Assembly: GCA_963713045.1 (NCBI GenBank)
Contig: CAVQKE010000004.1
Coordinates: forward strand, 512,001 to 576,000
Direction of reading: 5' to 3'
Source of the DNA: an uncultured delta proteobacterium
GTDB lineage: Bacteria; Myxococcota; Myxococcia; Myxococcales; Myxococcaceae
DNA: 64,000 nucleotides
The first letter of the stretch is position 1, and each line of letters starts with the position of its first letter. The position numbers were made by a program, and so were the translations under genes. Positions 48,637-58,766 of this stretch are shown here, one piece after another. Below the pieces are notes generated by a model. That model was not told the DNA's origin, ran no database searches, and saw only the letters and a program-made list of their open reading frames with translations.

Positions 48637-49524
48637 TCAGGTGACGGTTGTATACGGCGGGGTAACGAAGCGAGCCCCCGGCTCCCGCCGAAACCAGGTG
48701 CGCTGTCGCTTGGCGTAGGCGCGGGTTTCTCGCTCAGTGTCCGCTTCCGCCCGGGCCGTGCTGAGACGCCCATCCACCACGCCGAGGGCCTGGCGATACC
48801 CGACGCTGGCCATGGCCGGGGCATCGCGGTAACCGCGGCGGACAAGCGCTTCGACCTCCGCCACCAAGCCACGGGCAAACATCGCCCGGGTACGGGTGGT
48901 GATTGCCTTCAGGAGGGCATCCCGAGGCGGGTCGAGAAACCACAGGGTGTAGGGATAGCGATTTTCCGCGAAGCCGTGGGCCCGTTGCGCGGAAGACGCC
49001 GGCTGACCCGTCACCTCGCAAATCTCCAGAGCGCGCACCACCCGAACCGCGTCCGCGACGGCGATGCGCCTAGCCGACTCTGGGTCGAGTTGTGCAAGGC
49101 GCGCGTGCATTTCCCCCGGACTGAGGCGCTGCGCATCGGACTGCAGGCGCGCCCGCACCACCGGGTTGGGCGTGCCAACGGACAAGCCATGAAGGAGGGC
49201 TCGGATGTACAGGCCGGTGCCGCCGACGACGAGGACGCGCCGGCCGCGCATGGTGGCCTCGCGAATGGCCGCATCGGCCAGACACTGAAAACGCGCTGCA
49301 CTGAAGCGTTCCAGCGGGTCGACCACCGAAACGAGGTGGTGTGGGACGCGGGCCAGGGCGCCAGCGTCCGGCTTCGCCGTTCCCACGTCGAAGTACCGGT
49401 ACACCGCCTGCGAGTCGGCGCTCACAATTTCCGCACCCTCGCGCTCGGCAATCTCGAGGGCCAGGGCGCTCTTGCCAGCGGCAGTGGGGCCAGCGATAAC
49501 AGTCAGCGCAGGTTGGGCTTTCAC
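48637..49524 (-). CDS. miaA: tRNA dimethylallyltransferase
   Basis: GPTAAGKS, SADSQAVY, GTAKP, PHHL, VGGTGLY, RALE, YAKRQRTWFR; GTG overlaps the hisS stop. Confidence 0.95.
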   Translation of the reverse strand: MKAQPALTVIAGPTAAGKSALALEIAEREGAEIVSADSQAVYRYFDVGTAKPDAGALARVPHHLVSVVDPLERFSAARFQCLADAAIREATMRGRRVLVVGGTGLYIRALLHGLSVGTPNPVVRARLQSDAQRLSPGEMHARLAQLDPESARRIAVADAVRVVRALEICEVTGQPASSAQRAHGFAENRYPYTLWFLDPPRDALLKAITTRTRAMFARGLVAEVEALVRRGYRDAPAMASVGYRQALGVVDGRLSTARAEADTERETRAYAKRQRTWFRREPGARFVTPPYTTVT

Positions 49525-50789
49525 CGGCGGCTGGCAAGGAGTGCGGCAGCAACGCTGTCGAGCCGGACGCGCACCGTCTCGCCGCCGCCCAGCGGCTTCA
49601 GCTCGCCCTCCCCGCTCGCCAACTCGCGCTCCCCAAGCACCAGCGCGAACCGCGCGCCACTCTTGTCGGCGCGTTTCATCTGACTCTTGAGAGAGCCCCC
49701 ACGGGGGTCGAAGTCCACGGCGTGGCCGCCGCGCCTCAGCTCGCTCACCATTCGAAAGGCCTGGTCCTGCCCGGCCGCATCTGCAACGGCGACGAAGAGC
49801 TCGGGCGCGGACTCCTCCTGCCGGCCCTTCTCGGCAAGCAACAGACAGAGGCGGTCCATTCCCATCGCCCACCCCACCGCAGGCACTGGCGGCCCGCCTA
49901 GCTCCTCGACCAAACGGTCATAGCGTCCGCCTCCACCAACGGCTGTCGCGGTACCCAAGGCTGGAGCATCGGCCAGAAACTCGAAAGCGGTGCGTGTGTA
50001 GTAGTCCAGGCCACGGACCATTCTCGGATTGAGTCTGTAGGGCGCGTGGATGACATCGAGTTTCCGCCGCAGCTCGCTGAAATGCGTTCGGCAAGGCTCG
50101 CACAGCGCATCCAGGACGACGGGAGCGCCGGCGACGACGGTCTGACAGTTTGGGTTCTTGCAGTCGAGAACGCGCAGAGGGTTGCGCCCCAAGCGCGCTT
50201 GGCACTCGGGGCAGAGCTCGCTCTGGTGCGCACGAAGGTAGTCGCTGAGAGCCGCGAGGTAGGCAGGACGACAGGTCTCGTCGCCGAGGGAGTTCAGCTC
50301 GAGCCGGACTCCTTGCAACCCGAGGGTGTCGATGAGTTGCAATCCGAGGTCGATGAGCTCGGCATCCTGCGCCGGCTCGGCCGAGCCGTAGGCCTCAGCG
50401 CCCATTTGCCAGAATTGGCGGTAGCGCCCAGTCTTCATCCGCTCGTACCGGAACATCGGTCCGACGTAGTACCAGCGGGTGACTGGCTCTCGGACGTGGA
50501 CCGCGTGCTCGATGTAGGCCCTCGCGGCCGGGGCTGTGTTTTCCGGGCGGAGCGACAAGCTACGCCCTGCGCGGTCCTCGAAGCTGTACATTTCCTTACC
50601 GACGATGTCCGTCTCTTCGCCCACGCTGCGGACGAAGAGCGCAGTCTCCTCCAGGATGGGCGTCCGAATTTCTTCGTAACCAAAGCGGTGGAACCCTTCG
50701 CGCGCCCGCGCTTCAAGCAGATGCCAGGTCCGCACTTCTGGCGGAAGTAGGTCGTTCATCCCCTTGACTGCGCTGAAGCGCTGGCTCAT
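49521..50789 (-). CDS. hisS: Histidine--tRNA ligase
   Basis: KGMNDLLP, DIVGKEMY, LRPENT, FRYER...GRYRQF, VRGLDYYT, GGGRYD, GMDR. Confidence 0.97.
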   Translation of the reverse strand: MSQRFSAVKGMNDLLPPEVRTWHLLEARAREGFHRFGYEEIRTPILEETALFVRSVGEETDIVGKEMYSFEDRAGRSLSLRPENTAPAARAYIEHAVHVREPVTRWYYVGPMFRYERMKTGRYRQFWQMGAEAYGSAEPAQDAELIDLGLQLIDTLGLQGVRLELNSLGDETCRPAYLAALSDYLRAHQSELCPECQARLGRNPLRVLDCKNPNCQTVVAGAPVVLDALCEPCRTHFSELRRKLDVIHAPYRLNPRMVRGLDYYTRTAFEFLADAPALGTATAVGGGGRYDRLVEELGGPPVPAVGWAMGMDRLCLLLAEKGRQEESAPELFVAVADAAGQDQAFRMVSELRRGGHAVDFDPRGGSLKSQMKRADKSGARFALVLGERELASGEGELKPLGGGETVRVRLDSVAAALLASRR

Positions 50790-51631
50790 CGCACCTCCCC
50801 GATGCGTCGACCCATGGTCACTTTCGCTCCGGAGCCAAGCCCGGCGTCCCATGAGACTCGGCCTGCGGCAAACAACAGAACCACCGTTGAGCCCATCTCA
50901 AATCGCCCCAATTCGTCCCCCTTCGAGACCGGGAGGGGCGGGGAAAACGCTCCGAAGGCAGGGGGCGACCCAGCTTGCGCAAAGACGCCGGCGTAGGCAG
51001 CGCGGAGTCTCCCGACGCAGGTCGCTCCCACCATCACCACGGCGCAGCGTCCCGCGGGCGTGTCGAGCCAGGTGATGAGCCGCTCATTGAGGACAAAGAG
51101 GCCATGCACATTGCGCACGCTGGCTGGGTTGACCGGCCACAATTCCCCAGGCAGGTACCGCCAACCGAGGATGGAGCCGCCCAGGGGCGTGTGCACCCGG
51201 TGGTAGTCGCGTGGCGAAAGGTAAAGCGTGGCGAAGGTTCCCCCGTCCGCAAAAGGCCGCGCGGCCCCGGCATCTCCAAGCAATTCAGCCACAGGGTAGT
51301 GCAGCCCCTTCGCTTGGATGCAGTCGCCGCCCTTGACGACACCCGCCTCACTGACCGTGCCATCGACTGGCGACACCACGACGCGCTCTCCAGCATCGAG
51401 GGGACGAGCGCCCCGCTTCAGCCGTCGGGAAAAGAACTCCGAGAAGGTGCCGTAGTCCTCCAGGGGCCGCTCGGCCTCGTCCAGCTGGACCCGGTAGGCC
51501 CGCGCGAAGCGTCGCATGGCTGCCCGATGGAGGCCCGCCGGCGCCGGCGCCCGCGTGGCGGCACCTACCACGCGGGAGAGTGCGGCGCGAGGCAGGAGCC
51601 GCACCAAGGTCATGAAGGTCTGGTCTCGCAT
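50786..51631 (-). CDS. psd: Phosphatidylserine decarboxylase proenzyme
   Basis: FFSRRLK, SPVDG, QAKG, YLSPRDYHRVH, NER, VGATCVG and the GRFEMGST cleavage motif. Confidence 0.93.
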   Translation of the reverse strand: MRDQTFMTLVRLLPRAALSRVVGAATRAPAPAGLHRAAMRRFARAYRVQLDEAERPLEDYGTFSEFFSRRLKRGARPLDAGERVVVSPVDGTVSEAGVVKGGDCIQAKGLHYPVAELLGDAGAARPFADGGTFATLYLSPRDYHRVHTPLGGSILGWRYLPGELWPVNPASVRNVHGLFVLNERLITWLDTPAGRCAVVMVGATCVGRLRAAYAGVFAQAGSPPAFGAFSPPLPVSKGDELGRFEMGSTVVLLFAAGRVSWDAGLGSGAKVTMGRRIGEVR

Positions 51632-51659
51632 TTCCCGGGGCATCCCCCGACCACTGCTG

Positions 51660-52367
51660 CTAACCGGCGTCGGGCGGTGGCGCAGCAGCGGCTTGCGCCC
51701 CTCCGTCCTCACCTGTCGACGGAGGGGGGGGCGGCGGACGAATCACGGAGGACTTCGGCACCACGCCCATGACGGCTTGGCCGTCCGCGACGACGATGGC
51801 GTCCGCGAAGCCCGGGTGGGCAGTCCGGCAGTAGCTCGAGTCCACCAACTCGTAGCTGTCCTTGGCCCCGGCGCCCTGGACGTTGACTGGGCCGGCAATC
51901 TGGAAGCAGTCCGCGAAGCGACGATTGAAGTCAGTCATCGGCATTCCTGCCGTCGGCTGGATGGGCTCGAGGGGGCCTGCATCGGGTGGAGGTGGCACGG
52001 CAGCGGGCTTCGGGACGCTCTCCGCGGTCGCCTCCCGAGGCGCATTGCTCACCGTGGAGGGTGTGCGCGCGGCCACCGAGGCCGCTTCCGTCTCGTCTTG
52101 TGCCTTCTGCATCCGAGCCCGTCCCTCGTGAATGCGATTCAACAGCTGGGAAGCGGCCTCGGCGTCGAGCGAGTCGGTAGGCACCCGCTGGAGCAGAGCC
52201 TCCACTTCATGCATTTTTGGGTCGAGGTAGGCGTCGTCCAGCCGCTGGGCGTAGAGCTTGTTGAAGGCCTCGGAGGCTCGTGAGAATTCCGGGCTGGGTT
52301 CGCGGCGGCGGCTGCATCCACTGCCGGCGACGGCCAACACGGCGAGGATGGCAAGTGTCCGGAGCAC
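51660..52367 (-). CDS. Pro-rich hypothetical lipoprotein
   Basis: GTG 52367; VLRTLAILAVLAVAGSGC lipobox; PPPPDAG motifs. Confidence 0.65.
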   Translation of the reverse strand: MLRTLAILAVLAVAGSGCSRRREPSPEFSRASEAFNKLYAQRLDDAYLDPKMHEVEALLQRVPTDSLDAEAASQLLNRIHEGRARMQKAQDETEAASVAARTPSTVSNAPREATAESVPKPAAVPPPPDAGPLEPIQPTAGMPMTDFNRRFADCFQIAGPVNVQGAGAKDSYELVDSSYCRTAHPGFADAIVVADGQAVMGVVPKSSVIRPPPPPPSTGEDGGAQAAAAPPPDAG

Positions 52368-52425
52368 GGTTGAGGTGCTTAGCTTACTCGGGGCAGGCCT
52401 GCGAGGTTCCACATCTGGGCTGCCG

Positions 52426-53157
52426 TCATACGCCGAGAAACAGCCTTCGGCCGAAGTTAGGGGCCAGCCCAGCTTCATCGATGCGCCGAGCCGCACTTTG
52501 GATGTCGTAAGGGACGCGGATGTATTCCACCATCCGTGCCCCGGTGTCGCACACCACGAAACATGCACGGTTGTCATAGTCGCGCGGCTGTCCGACACTT
52601 CCGACTGAGATGAGGTATTGAAAGCCGCGCCGAATGGAGAATTTCTGCGCGACGACGTCCGCCACCTGGCCGGCGCCAAAGGCAAACGCCTTGCACAGGT
52701 GGCTGTGACCGATGAAAGTGACCTCCGCCAAGTCATCGGCAAACGGCATCAACTCCCGCGCCTGCTGGAGAGCAAAAATGTATTCATAGGCGCGCGGGTC
52801 CACTGGGGAGCCGTGGGAGAAGCCGACCTCACCAATGCGGTAGGTGAATGGGAGGCTCCGCAGCCAGGCCAGGTTATCCTCACTGAGCACCTGTGCGGAC
52901 CAGTCCAGGGCGTGCCGGGCCGCGTCGTAATAGAAGGAGTAATCCATTCGTCCGGCCACGGCGGCATCGTGGTTACCGAGCAAGGTGACTTCCGCAACCC
53001 CGCGCACCAGCTCGCAGCATGCATTGGGTGAGGCGCCGTAGCCGACGATGTCGCCGAGTGAAACCACCCGGTCGACTCGGGCACCGTCCACGGCTCGAAG
53101 CACGGAGGTCAGCGCCTCGAGATTGGAGTGGACGTCGGAAAGGATGGCAACGCGCAT
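52426..53157 (-). CDS. Calcineurin-like metallophosphoesterase
   Basis: SDVHSN, LGDIVGYG, GNHD, HGSP, GHSH, GSVGQPRD. Confidence 0.9.
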   Translation of the reverse strand: MRVAILSDVHSNLEALTSVLRAVDGARVDRVVSLGDIVGYGASPNACCELVRGVAEVTLLGNHDAAVAGRMDYSFYYDAARHALDWSAQVLSEDNLAWLRSLPFTYRIGEVGFSHGSPVDPRAYEYIFALQQARELMPFADDLAEVTFIGHSHLCKAFAFGAGQVADVVAQKFSIRRGFQYLISVGSVGQPRDYDNRACFVVCDTGARMVEYIRVPYDIQSAARRIDEAGLAPNFGRRLFLGV

Positions 53158-53299
53158 GCCCTTGGGGCCTTCCACCCTAGCAGGGCTGGCCGTCAGCAGC
53201 AGCAGGGCACCGCGCAGGCCGCGTTGAGCGCTTGCCCCGAAGGCGCCGGGCGTGGTTTCAGAGGACCCTCCCCCCCTTCCACCCCGCTGGGACTACCTC

Positions 53300-54265
53300 A
53301 TGCGCACTGTCGTGACCGGCTCCATCGCCTACGACTACCTGATGACCTTTCCAGGGCGCTTCCGAGAGCACCTGCTGCAAGACCGCATGCACCGGCTGAC
53401 GGTGAGCTTCCTGGTGGACGACATGCGGAAGCTCCGCGGTGGGGTGGCCGGCAACATCGCCTATTCCCTTGCCCTCCTCGGCGAGCGCCCGCTCCTCGTC
53501 GCCACCGCTGGGGAGGACTTTGCTGAATACCGGAGTGCCCTGGAGGCGACCGGCGTGGACACCGAGGGCGTCAAAGTCATCCCTGGCACCTTCACTGCTT
53601 CGTGCTTCATCAACACCGACCAGGACGCCAACCAGCTGGTCGCCTTTTATGCCGGTGCGCTGGCTCACGCCCAGCTCGCCTCGCTCGACCCCTTGCAGCT
53701 CGGCCCCGGTGACTGGGTGGTGGTCAGTCCGGCGGACCCCGGGGCGATGGAGGCGAGCGTCGCCGGCTGCCTTCGAGCCCACGTGCCCTACATCTTCGAC
53801 CCCGGCAAGCAGACGCCCCGACTGGAGGCGGAACAAATTGTCCGCGGGATGCAGACGGCATCCCTGGTTATCGGCAACGACTACGAATTCGGTTTGATGG
53901 CGCAGAAGACCGGCAAGAGTGAGGCGGCATTGCAGGCGTTGGCCCCGGTGACGGTGGTGACCCGCGGAGAGCTTGGGTCCACCATCCTGGTCCGCGGCCA
54001 GCCGCCCCTCGAGATTCCCACCGCTCCGATTCGCGCCCTGGTCGACCCAACCGGAGCCGGGGATGCCTACCTGGGCGGGCTGGCCTTCGCTGTGGCGCGG
54101 CACCTCCCGTGGCCAGTGGCCGGCCGGAGTGCGGCCCTCGCCGCGGCCTATGCCCTGGAGGAACGGGGGTGTCAGGAACACCACTACACGCGCTCCGACT
54201 TCCTTGCTCGCTACCGCTTGGCGTTTGGCGTGTCCGAGGAGTTGGAACGCGCGCTGGCTGCGTGA
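53300..54265 (+). CDS. PfkB-family nucleoside kinase (adenosine kinase-like)
   Basis: TGSIAYDYLMTFPGRF...SFLVDD...RGGVAGN (resembles mycobacterial AdoK as I recall it), NDYE, DPTGAGDAY. Confidence 0.85.
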   Translation: MRTVVTGSIAYDYLMTFPGRFREHLLQDRMHRLTVSFLVDDMRKLRGGVAGNIAYSLALLGERPLLVATAGEDFAEYRSALEATGVDTEGVKVIPGTFTASCFINTDQDANQLVAFYAGALAHAQLASLDPLQLGPGDWVVVSPADPGAMEASVAGCLRAHVPYIFDPGKQTPRLEAEQIVRGMQTASLVIGNDYEFGLMAQKTGKSEAALQALAPVTVVTRGELGSTILVRGQPPLEIPTAPIRALVDPTGAGDAYLGGLAFAVARHLPWPVAGRSAALAAAYALEERGCQEHHYTRSDFLARYRLAFGVSEELERALAA

Positions 54266-54291
54266 GTCAACCTTGGCGGCTGAGGGCTGAC

Positions 54292-55806
54292 TTAGGGCCG
54301 CACCGGCGCGACGGTGAGGATGGCTTTCAAATCGTCATCCGTGAAGTGGATGCCTCCGCCAAGGAAGAAGTCACGCCCCGAGATGAGTCGGTTGTCGAGC
54401 GTGCTGCGGACCGGTGGATTGAAGACGTCGTTGATGCCGGCACTCACGAAGAGATGTTGAAATAACGTGACGTTGGCCGTCACGCGGACTTCGGGATAGC
54501 GGAGCGCCTGGTTGCCGAAGTTGAAGACATCCGTCTTGAGCGCCAGGACGTCGTTGAAGAAGTCGAGGTCGACCCCAACGCCCCCGCTGCTCTCGATGAT
54601 GCCAAAGCGAAAGGTAGCGAAGTAGTAGCGCTTCGCGAACTCGGCGTTGAACTTGAGGTTGTAGTTGGTGGTGGTGATTTTTTGGACCGCGGGCTGGTAG
54701 AGGCCCGGCGGGTTGGACTCCACGTAGGAGATGGAGGTGTCGCCCAGGGGGTCGTCGACCAACCCCAGCAGGTAGTACTTGTCCGGGCTTGGGATAATGC
54801 GCACGTCGACCTCGTTGCGCGAGGAGGCGGCGTTGAAGAGATAGACGCTGCTGAGCGACACCTCGGTCTGGATGCCCGTCAGCCGGTTCGCAAAGTCAGC
54901 GACGCCTTGCACCGCGTCGTTGACTTGCTGGCCTGTCTTCTCATCTTCAATCAGCTTGCCGACGGGGCCCTTGCCGTCCCGAATGTCCTGCGTCACCTGG
55001 GCAAGGTTTTCCAGGGTCTTGTCCAGTTTCTGCAGCGTCGACAGGACCTCACCCTTGTTGGTCTGGTTGGTTTGAAGGGCACCCTTCACGTCGGCCATCG
55101 ACGCCCGCAAGTCCTGGGAGATGTGACGGATGTTTTCGACAATCTCTCGAACGTTGCTCGACTCCCCTTGGGTGGAGGCACGGACGTCTCCGGAAATCTC
55201 TCGGATGTTCTGGAGGATGTCTCGAATGTTCGCTTGACTGCTGCGTGCGGTTTCCTCGACCTCGGTCGAAAGCTGCGTGAGGTTGCGCAAGATGGTCTGA
55301 AGCGACGCCTCCCCGGCGTCGGCGCCGAGCACATCGCGCAGCGAGTGGGTGACTGCCTGGATGTCTCCGGTAATCACCGACAGAGATTCGAACAACGTCT
55401 GAATCCCTTGGGCATCGATGACGTTCAGGATGGTGCCCCCATCTGGCATCAACGGAGCGTTGGCCGAACCAGGCTGGAGGTCGAGCAGAAAGTCTCCAAG
55501 GAACGACTCGCTTCGCTTGTAGATGGCCGCATCGGTGTGAAGCCCAAGGTCCTTGCGCACACGGATGGTCAGCCGGGCACGGTCTCCAATCAGCGTGATG
55601 TCCGTAATCTCGCCGACCGGAATCCCGGCCGTCTGGACACGGCTGCGCTTGCCAAGGCCAGAGGCGTCTCGAAAGTAAGCCACCACCGTCATCGTCTGGC
55701 CACCGGTGAAGGCCCCCCGTTGGAGAATAATCAGGAAGGCGACAAGACACGCCACCGAGAACAGGACGAAGAGTCCGACGCGAAACGGGGTGAAAACTCT
55801 GTTCAC
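54292..55806 (-). CDS. mlaD: MCE/MlaD-family protein with long helical region and beta-strand-rich C-terminus
   Basis: N-terminal TM; FRDASGL...AGIPVGEI...LDLQPG MCE domain; heptad-like middle; GIIESSGGVGVD...GGGIHFTDDDLK. Confidence 0.85.
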   Translation of the reverse strand: MNRVFTPFRVGLFVLFSVACLVAFLIILQRGAFTGGQTMTVVAYFRDASGLGKRSRVQTAGIPVGEITDITLIGDRARLTIRVRKDLGLHTDAAIYKRSESFLGDFLLDLQPGSANAPLMPDGGTILNVIDAQGIQTLFESLSVITGDIQAVTHSLRDVLGADAGEASLQTILRNLTQLSTEVEETARSSQANIRDILQNIREISGDVRASTQGESSNVREIVENIRHISQDLRASMADVKGALQTNQTNKGEVLSTLQKLDKTLENLAQVTQDIRDGKGPVGKLIEDEKTGQQVNDAVQGVADFANRLTGIQTEVSLSSVYLFNAASSRNEVDVRIIPSPDKYYLLGLVDDPLGDTSISYVESNPPGLYQPAVQKITTTNYNLKFNAEFAKRYYFATFRFGIIESSGGVGVDLDFFNDVLALKTDVFNFGNQALRYPEVRVTANVTLFQHLFVSAGINDVFNPPVRSTLDNRLISGRDFFLGGGIHFTDDDLKAILTVAPVRP

Positions 55807-55873
55807 AGGCCAAGGGCTCCCACGGCGAAGTGCCCCTGGCCGAACTTTAGCCGGGCCGGAGCGTCTCGGGGGG

Positions 55874-56626
55874 CTAGTTCTTGCCGAACCATGTCGAGAG
55901 AAACAGCTTCACCACCGGATGAGCGCTCGCGCGCAGCTCCGCCGGAGGCGCATGGGCGACGATTTTCCCCCCCGAAAGAAAAGCAATCTGGTCAGCCACC
56001 TTGAAGGACGATGCCACATCATGACTGATGACCAAGCTCGTGACACCGAGCTTCTGCTTCGCGGTAATAATCATCTCGTCGACGTAGTCGGTGGTGATGG
56101 GGTCCAGGCCGGTGGTGGGCTCGTCATAGAGGACAATTTTTGGGTCTCGGACGATGGCGCGGGCCAGCCCCACCCGCTTGCGCATACCACCAGAGAGTTC
56201 AGCCGGGTATTTCTCGGCCACGTCATGCAGTCCGACGATGGCCAGCTTCGCCTCGACGCGCTTGCGAATCTCCGATTCCGAGAGGTTCGAGTGTTCCCGC
56301 AGTGGGAAGGCCACGTTTTGGAAGACGGTCATCGAGTCGAAAAGGGCGGCCCCCTGAAACACCATCCCGAACTTCCGCCGAACGCGCTCCAGCTCCAAGT
56401 CGTCGAGTGGGACCACGTCCTCGCCATCAACAAACACTTGCCCTCGGTCGGGTTTGAGCAGGCCGATGATGTGCTTCATGAGCACGGTTTTCCCCGAGCC
56501 CGAACCTCCCAAGATGACGCAGGTGGTCCCCTCCTCGACGTCGAGGTTGACCCCGGAGAGGACCTGGTGGTCCCCGAAGGACTTGTACAGGTCCCGAACC
56601 GAAATCATCGGAGCTCGCTCGGCCAT
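55874..56626 (-). CDS. mlaF: MlaF/Mkl-like ABC ATPase
   Basis: GGSGSGKT, FQGAALFDS, LSGGMRKRVGLARA, YDEPTTGLDP, ISHD. Confidence 0.92.
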   Translation of the reverse strand: MAERAPMISVRDLYKSFGDHQVLSGVNLDVEEGTTCVILGGSGSGKTVLMKHIIGLLKPDRGQVFVDGEDVVPLDDLELERVRRKFGMVFQGAALFDSMTVFQNVAFPLREHSNLSESEIRKRVEAKLAIVGLHDVAEKYPAELSGGMRKRVGLARAIVRDPKIVLYDEPTTGLDPITTDYVDEMIITAKQKLGVTSLVISHDVASSFKVADQIAFLSGGKIVAHAPPAELRASAHPVVKLFLSTWFGKN

Positions 56627-57447
56627 CAGTGGAAGAGCAAACCAAGCAAGTAGTCCAAGACAAAGACCGACACGGCCGAGGTCACCATGGCCTGGGTCGT
56701 TGCCTGCCCCACGCCCTTCGCACCACCGCTGGCGTAGTAGCCGCGGTAGCAGGCGATGAGCATCACCACCAGCCCAAAGACGGCGGACTTCACCAGACCC
56801 TCGGTCACGTCATCCGGACCGACAATGTCCTGGGTGCGCAACAGGAAGGTGCCCACCGAGAGGCCCTTGATGAGCACGGCGACGGCAAAGCCACCAAAAA
56901 TGCCGGTGGTGTCGAAGAGCATCGCCAGCAGCGGTCCCATGAAGAGGCCGGCCAGCACCCGTGGGACCAGTAGGTACTGCACCGGGCTCACCGCCATCGT
57001 CTCCAGGGCGTCCACCTGCTCGGTGACACGCATGGTTCCCAGCTCAGTGCAGGTCGCCGACCCAGCGCGCATGGTAATCATCAGCGCCGAGAGCACCGGC
57101 GCCAACTCCCGAGTGATGGTGATGGCCACCGTCGGGCCCACCAGGCTCTCCGCCCCGAAGCGCTCGAAGGCGCTCCAGGATTGCGTGGCGAACACCATCC
57201 CGGTGAAGAGGCCAGTCAAAGCGACGATGAGCACCGAGCCAACGCCAACAAAGTCGAATTGGGCAAACAGATTTTCGGGGCGGTATGGCGGTCGAACCAT
57301 CCAGCGAGCGACGGACACCCCCAGAGCGACGACACCCACGAACGCCTGGACGCTGTCGAGGACGCGTTGGCCGACCCATTCGACGGCCGCGCTGAGCGCT
57401 CCGACGCGCCCTGGCGGCCTCTCCACGCCGTCGGTCATCGCTGCCAC
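56626..57447 (-). CDS. mlaE: MlaE-family ABC permease
   Basis: RELAPV, RAGS...ELGTMRVTEQVDAL, PRVLA, GAKGVGQATT. Confidence 0.93.
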   Translation of the reverse strand: MAAMTDGVERPPGRVGALSAAVEWVGQRVLDSVQAFVGVVALGVSVARWMVRPPYRPENLFAQFDFVGVGSVLIVALTGLFTGMVFATQSWSAFERFGAESLVGPTVAITITRELAPVLSALMITMRAGSATCTELGTMRVTEQVDALETMAVSPVQYLLVPRVLAGLFMGPLLAMLFDTTGIFGGFAVAVLIKGLSVGTFLLRTQDIVGPDDVTEGLVKSAVFGLVVMLIACYRGYYASGGAKGVGQATTQAMVTSAVSVFVLDYLLGLLFH

Positions 57448-57453
57448 CCCATC

Positions 57454-58617
57454 CTAGGGCACCGGGTGGGAGCTGGCACCCGGACTGGGCGCCGCCACCC
57501 GAGGCACTCTGGCTCCGATTCCGCACAGCACCTCGTACGGCATGGTCTCCAGCCACTGGGCGACTTCGACCGCCCCCACCTCGGCCCCCGCTTGACGGCC
57601 GAGTAGCACCACTTCGTCGCCGACCGCTGCGCCGGGGACGTCAGTGACGTCCACCATGCACAGGTCCATGCACACCCGACCCACCACCGGGGCACGCTGG
57701 CCGCGGACCAGCACCTGACCTCGGTTGGAGAGTCGCCGTGGGTAGCCGTCGGCATAGCCTACCGGAAGTGTGGCAATGCGCGTGGTCCGGCGCGCCGTCC
57801 ACGTCCCGCCATAGGAGACCGCTGTTCCGGGGGGAACCGTCTTCAGGTGGACCACGGCCGTTTTCCAGCTGAGCACTGGCTCGAGAGCCCGCGGCGGTAC
57901 AATCCAAGGCGCTGGGGAGATGCCGTAGAGAGCGAGGCCAGGGCGGACCAGGTTGAGGGTCGTCCCATCCCGCGCCTCGGGCAAGGCCACCAACGCCGCG
58001 GAGTTGGCCAAATGCCGCCACCGTGGCCGAACGCCTGCGGTCTCCACCTCGCTCAGCACGGCCTGAAACTTCCGGAGTTGGTCCTCAGTCACGGCCGCAT
58101 CGGCCAGGTCGGCATTCGCGAAGTGCGACATCACCCCCTGTATGTCCACCTGCAGCGCCCTGGCCCGCACCAGCAACCCGGCCACCTCCTGGGGCTGGGC
58201 GCCGAGCCGCGCCATTCCGGTGTCCACCTTGAGGTGCGCCCGCGGCTTGGCACCCAGCCGTCGGGCGGCTTCCGCCAGCGCTTCAAGGTGGTCGACCCGA
58301 AAAACCGCCGGGCACAGACCGGCTGACACCATCGCCTCCCACCCCCCTTCATAGGCTCCGCCCAAGACGAGAATTTCCGTGGTCAAGCCGGCTCGCCGGA
58401 GTGCCAGCCCCTCCTCGATGAGCGCCACCCCCAACAGCTCGACGCCCTCGGCTTCCAGCGCGGGAGCGACGAGTGCGGCACCGTGGCCGTAGGCATCGGC
58501 TTTCACCATGGCCAGCACCGCGGCGCCGGCAGCGACGCTCCGCAGGGTCCGAAGGTTACGCACCAGTGCGGCCAGGTCCACCTCGGCGCGCGTCGGGCGA
58601 ATGCGGGGGAGCTCCAT
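57454..58617 (-). CDS. alr: Alanine racemase
   Basis: MVKADAYGHG, HLKVDTGMARLG, SHFA, ANSAA, RPGLALYG, VSYG, GYADG, GRVCMD. Confidence 0.96.
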   Translation of the reverse strand: MELPRIRPTRAEVDLAALVRNLRTLRSVAAGAAVLAMVKADAYGHGAALVAPALEAEGVELLGVALIEEGLALRRAGLTTEILVLGGAYEGGWEAMVSAGLCPAVFRVDHLEALAEAARRLGAKPRAHLKVDTGMARLGAQPQEVAGLLVRARALQVDIQGVMSHFANADLADAAVTEDQLRKFQAVLSEVETAGVRPRWRHLANSAALVALPEARDGTTLNLVRPGLALYGISPAPWIVPPRALEPVLSWKTAVVHLKTVPPGTAVSYGGTWTARRTTRIATLPVGYADGYPRRLSNRGQVLVRGQRAPVVGRVCMDLCMVDVTDVPGAAVGDEVVLLGRQAGAEVGAVEVAQWLETMPYEVLCGIGARVPRVAAPSPGASSHPVP

Positions 58618-58766
58618 GCCATTGTCACCCGCGAGCGGGTGGCGGAGAGAAGCGCGTACCGTTCGACACAACACGAGTCAAGGTGTGGTTCCTGGAACAC
58701 GTATTGGTGCCATAGGATGACTCCTCTTCACGGAGCGGGCCATGGCCGGCTCGAGCGAGGTGTCGG

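Noticed and set aside
54682..56004. Long antisense ORFs (also 22017-23072, 27752-28663, 53258-54184, 61952-63277)
   Set aside because: These are shadow frames of well-supported genes, expected with high-GC codon bias; they carry no motifs.
58694..58709. Sigma54 promoter (TGGAAC-N5-TTGG)
   Set aside because: The -12 element is GG, not the conserved GC.
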